Source: Squalus acanthias (Eukaryota). From it: a stretch of 64,000 bases of DNA. This document shows positions 62,205-64,000 of the stretch, piece after piece. How positions within the stretch are numbered: the stretch's first letter is position 1; each line of letters starts with the position of its first letter. The translations under genes and the position numbers were made by a program. The stretch is from the NCBI GenBank assembly GCA_030390025.1, contig CM059433.1, positions 16,866,001 to 16,930,000 on the forward strand, read 5' to 3'. Under the pieces are notes generated by a model. It ran no database searches. It saw only the letters and a program-made list of their open reading frames with translations, and was not told the DNA's origin.

Positions 62205-63250
62205 TGGACACTCAACCTTAGTGGCAAAGAAGTCCATGAGCTTCTTGCACTCATTGTTGGAGGTGAGGGTGAAAGGCACAGTGGAGAGGGGTTTAAGGAG
62301 ATGTTTGATAGTGGAGAAAAGGAGCTGGAGTTATCTTTGCTCTCTAGGATGATCTTGAAGTAGATGACGACTTTGGCTGAGGAAAGCGAGGCCCAATGGT
62401 ACTAGATATGGTACAGCCAGATCTGGTGATGGATGGCTGCGCCAATTACACTCAAGTCTGTTCCCCTTGAACTTGAAGGAGAAGGGGGGGGGGGGGGGGG
62501 GGGGGCGGGGGCATACCAGGGGGAATGACCAGGATGGGAGAGAGTAAAGATTTTGATGGGGCTAAAGGCATCAAAGGTGAAGGCAAGATAGTGGTTGAGC
62601 AAATCGACAACTACAGAAGTGGTGAATGGAAGGCTAAAGGCTAGGCAGTTGGGAGTTTGAAAGTGCAGCTGTAAATAACTTGGGACTGAAAGAAGTGGGG
62701 TTGGATGGGGTAGGGGGATGTAGAAGGAAAGGGATACAAGTGATGTTACAAGCCAGTTCTGACGAAGGGTCATCGGCCTGAAAGGTTAACTCTGTTTCTC
62801 TCTCCACAGATGCTGCCTGGCCTGCTGAGTATTTCCAGCATTTTCTGTTTTGATTTAAGGGATACAAGGAAGTGGTCAGAGATAGCCTTGTTGGTGATTG
62901 AGACCATGGGAGTAGTGGTGCCATGGGAAGATGGCAGACTCGTGGGGGTGGCTGTGAATATGCATAGGATAATTTATATGGAGGGATAGATTTAGGGAGC
63001 ACAGGAGGTTAGCAAATTCAAGCAGAGAGGGCAGTTGAAATCACTGAGGATGAGGAGTTGCTCAATACAAAGGCTGAGGGATGATATCTTGGGGAGAAAT
63101 TTGAGGTAGGGCTTGGGGAGGGGATTATAAACAACAAGGATTTTAAAAGAGAGACAAGAGGGGTGGAATAAGTTGAAGTTCTTGTAGGAGGAGAAGGTGC
63201 CAGAGGAGTAGAGGTAGAGACCAACATGTGACTTGGTAATAAAGGCCACA
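62205..63250 (-). mobile_element. Degenerate L2 fragment (endonuclease and linker region)
   Basis: LLILSDFN and HPGHSPWY motifs. Homologous to about 44210-44620. Confidence 0.7.
62741..62856 (+). mobile_element. 116-bp Penelope-derived insertion with hammerhead motif and 12-bp TSD
   Basis: AAGGGATACAAG at 62729-62740 and 62857-62868. The insert contains AGTT-CTGACGA-AGGGTCATCGGCCT-GAAAGGTT-AACT. Confidence 0.8.
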
Positions 63251-63576
63251 GGGCAAGAAAAATGTCAAAATTCCAGCTCCTGATTACTATCTAGTGACCC
63301 TTGGTGTAAAGTATATCGGAGAATAGAACGGAGCTCAGCAGTGACGCTGATTCATATTCCCTAGGCTTACCTACAAAGAGATACCATCAAAATCTTTACT
63401 CTCTCCCATCCTGGTCATTCCCCCTGGTATCTCCTTGGGCGAGCTACCCAATGGCTCAAGGCACCTGCAGAATTTTATCTCAGGTGATTTCAAAAGAGCT
63501 GGGGAGAAAAGTAGGGGTGGGGAGATGCTAGTTTAAAAAAAGAGGGAAACAGACTACAGAAGCCACACATCTTTTA

Positions 63577-64000
63577 TTATAAGAAATAGGAGCAAACCCT
63601 CCAGCCTGCTCCGCCATTCAATAAGATCATGGCTGATCTTGAGCTCAAAGCCACTTCCGAGCCCGCTCCCCATAACCCTTCACTCCCTTATCTTGCAAAA
63701 ATCTGTCTATCTCCACTTTAAATGTATTTAATGACCCAGCCTCCAAGGCTCTCTGGGGCTGAGAATTCCACAGATTTACGACACTCAGAAGAAATTCCTC
63801 CTCATCTCAGTTCTAAAAGGGCGACCCTTTATTCTGAAACTGTGCCCCCGCGTTCTAGATTTCCCCACGAGGGGAAACATCCTCTCTGCATCTACCTTGT
63901 CGTGCCCCCTCAGTATCTTATATGTTTCAATAAGATCGCCTCTCATTCTTCTAAACTCCAATGAGTATAGGCCCAGCCTGCTCAGCCTTTCCTCATAGGT
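63577..64000 (-). mobile_element. CR1 3' fragment running off the window edge
   Basis: ATAAGAAATAGGAGCA...AATAAGATCATGGCTGATC tail. Homologous to 49913-50345. Confidence 0.82.

Overview
This is repeat-dense vertebrate genomic DNA. The repeat families (CR1, L2, Deu-domain SINE, Penelope, Harbinger) suggest a cartilaginous fish; that is inference. The + strand carries nine coding exons of FBXO25 (15741-48107). The ATG exon was not found and presumably lies upstream of the window. The gene has a GC-AG intron and a 27-nt microexon (DYHLALLFK). The last coding exon of TDRP lies on the - strand (59743-60079), tail-to-tail with FBXO25 as in human. The most striking object is a young, intact 4434-bp Ty3/Gypsy LTR retrotransposon (8559-12992). 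It has 194-bp LTRs differing at one base, a GGTAC target-site duplication and a single 1331-aa gag-pol ORF. It lacks a tRNA primer-binding site; instead an 11-nt segment after the 5' LTR is perfectly complementary to the LTR itself, suggesting self-priming. Its RT motif reads YLDN instead of YxDD. Other observations: short hammerhead-bearing Penelope-derived insertions with TSDs, two locally templated inverted insertions, a TA-flanked MITE carrying a 29-bp minisatellite, decayed Harbinger elements and MITEs, and inverted LINE pairs in introns. Repeat boundaries are approximate unless a TSD or TIR is stated. Family names come from motif recognition, not database searches.
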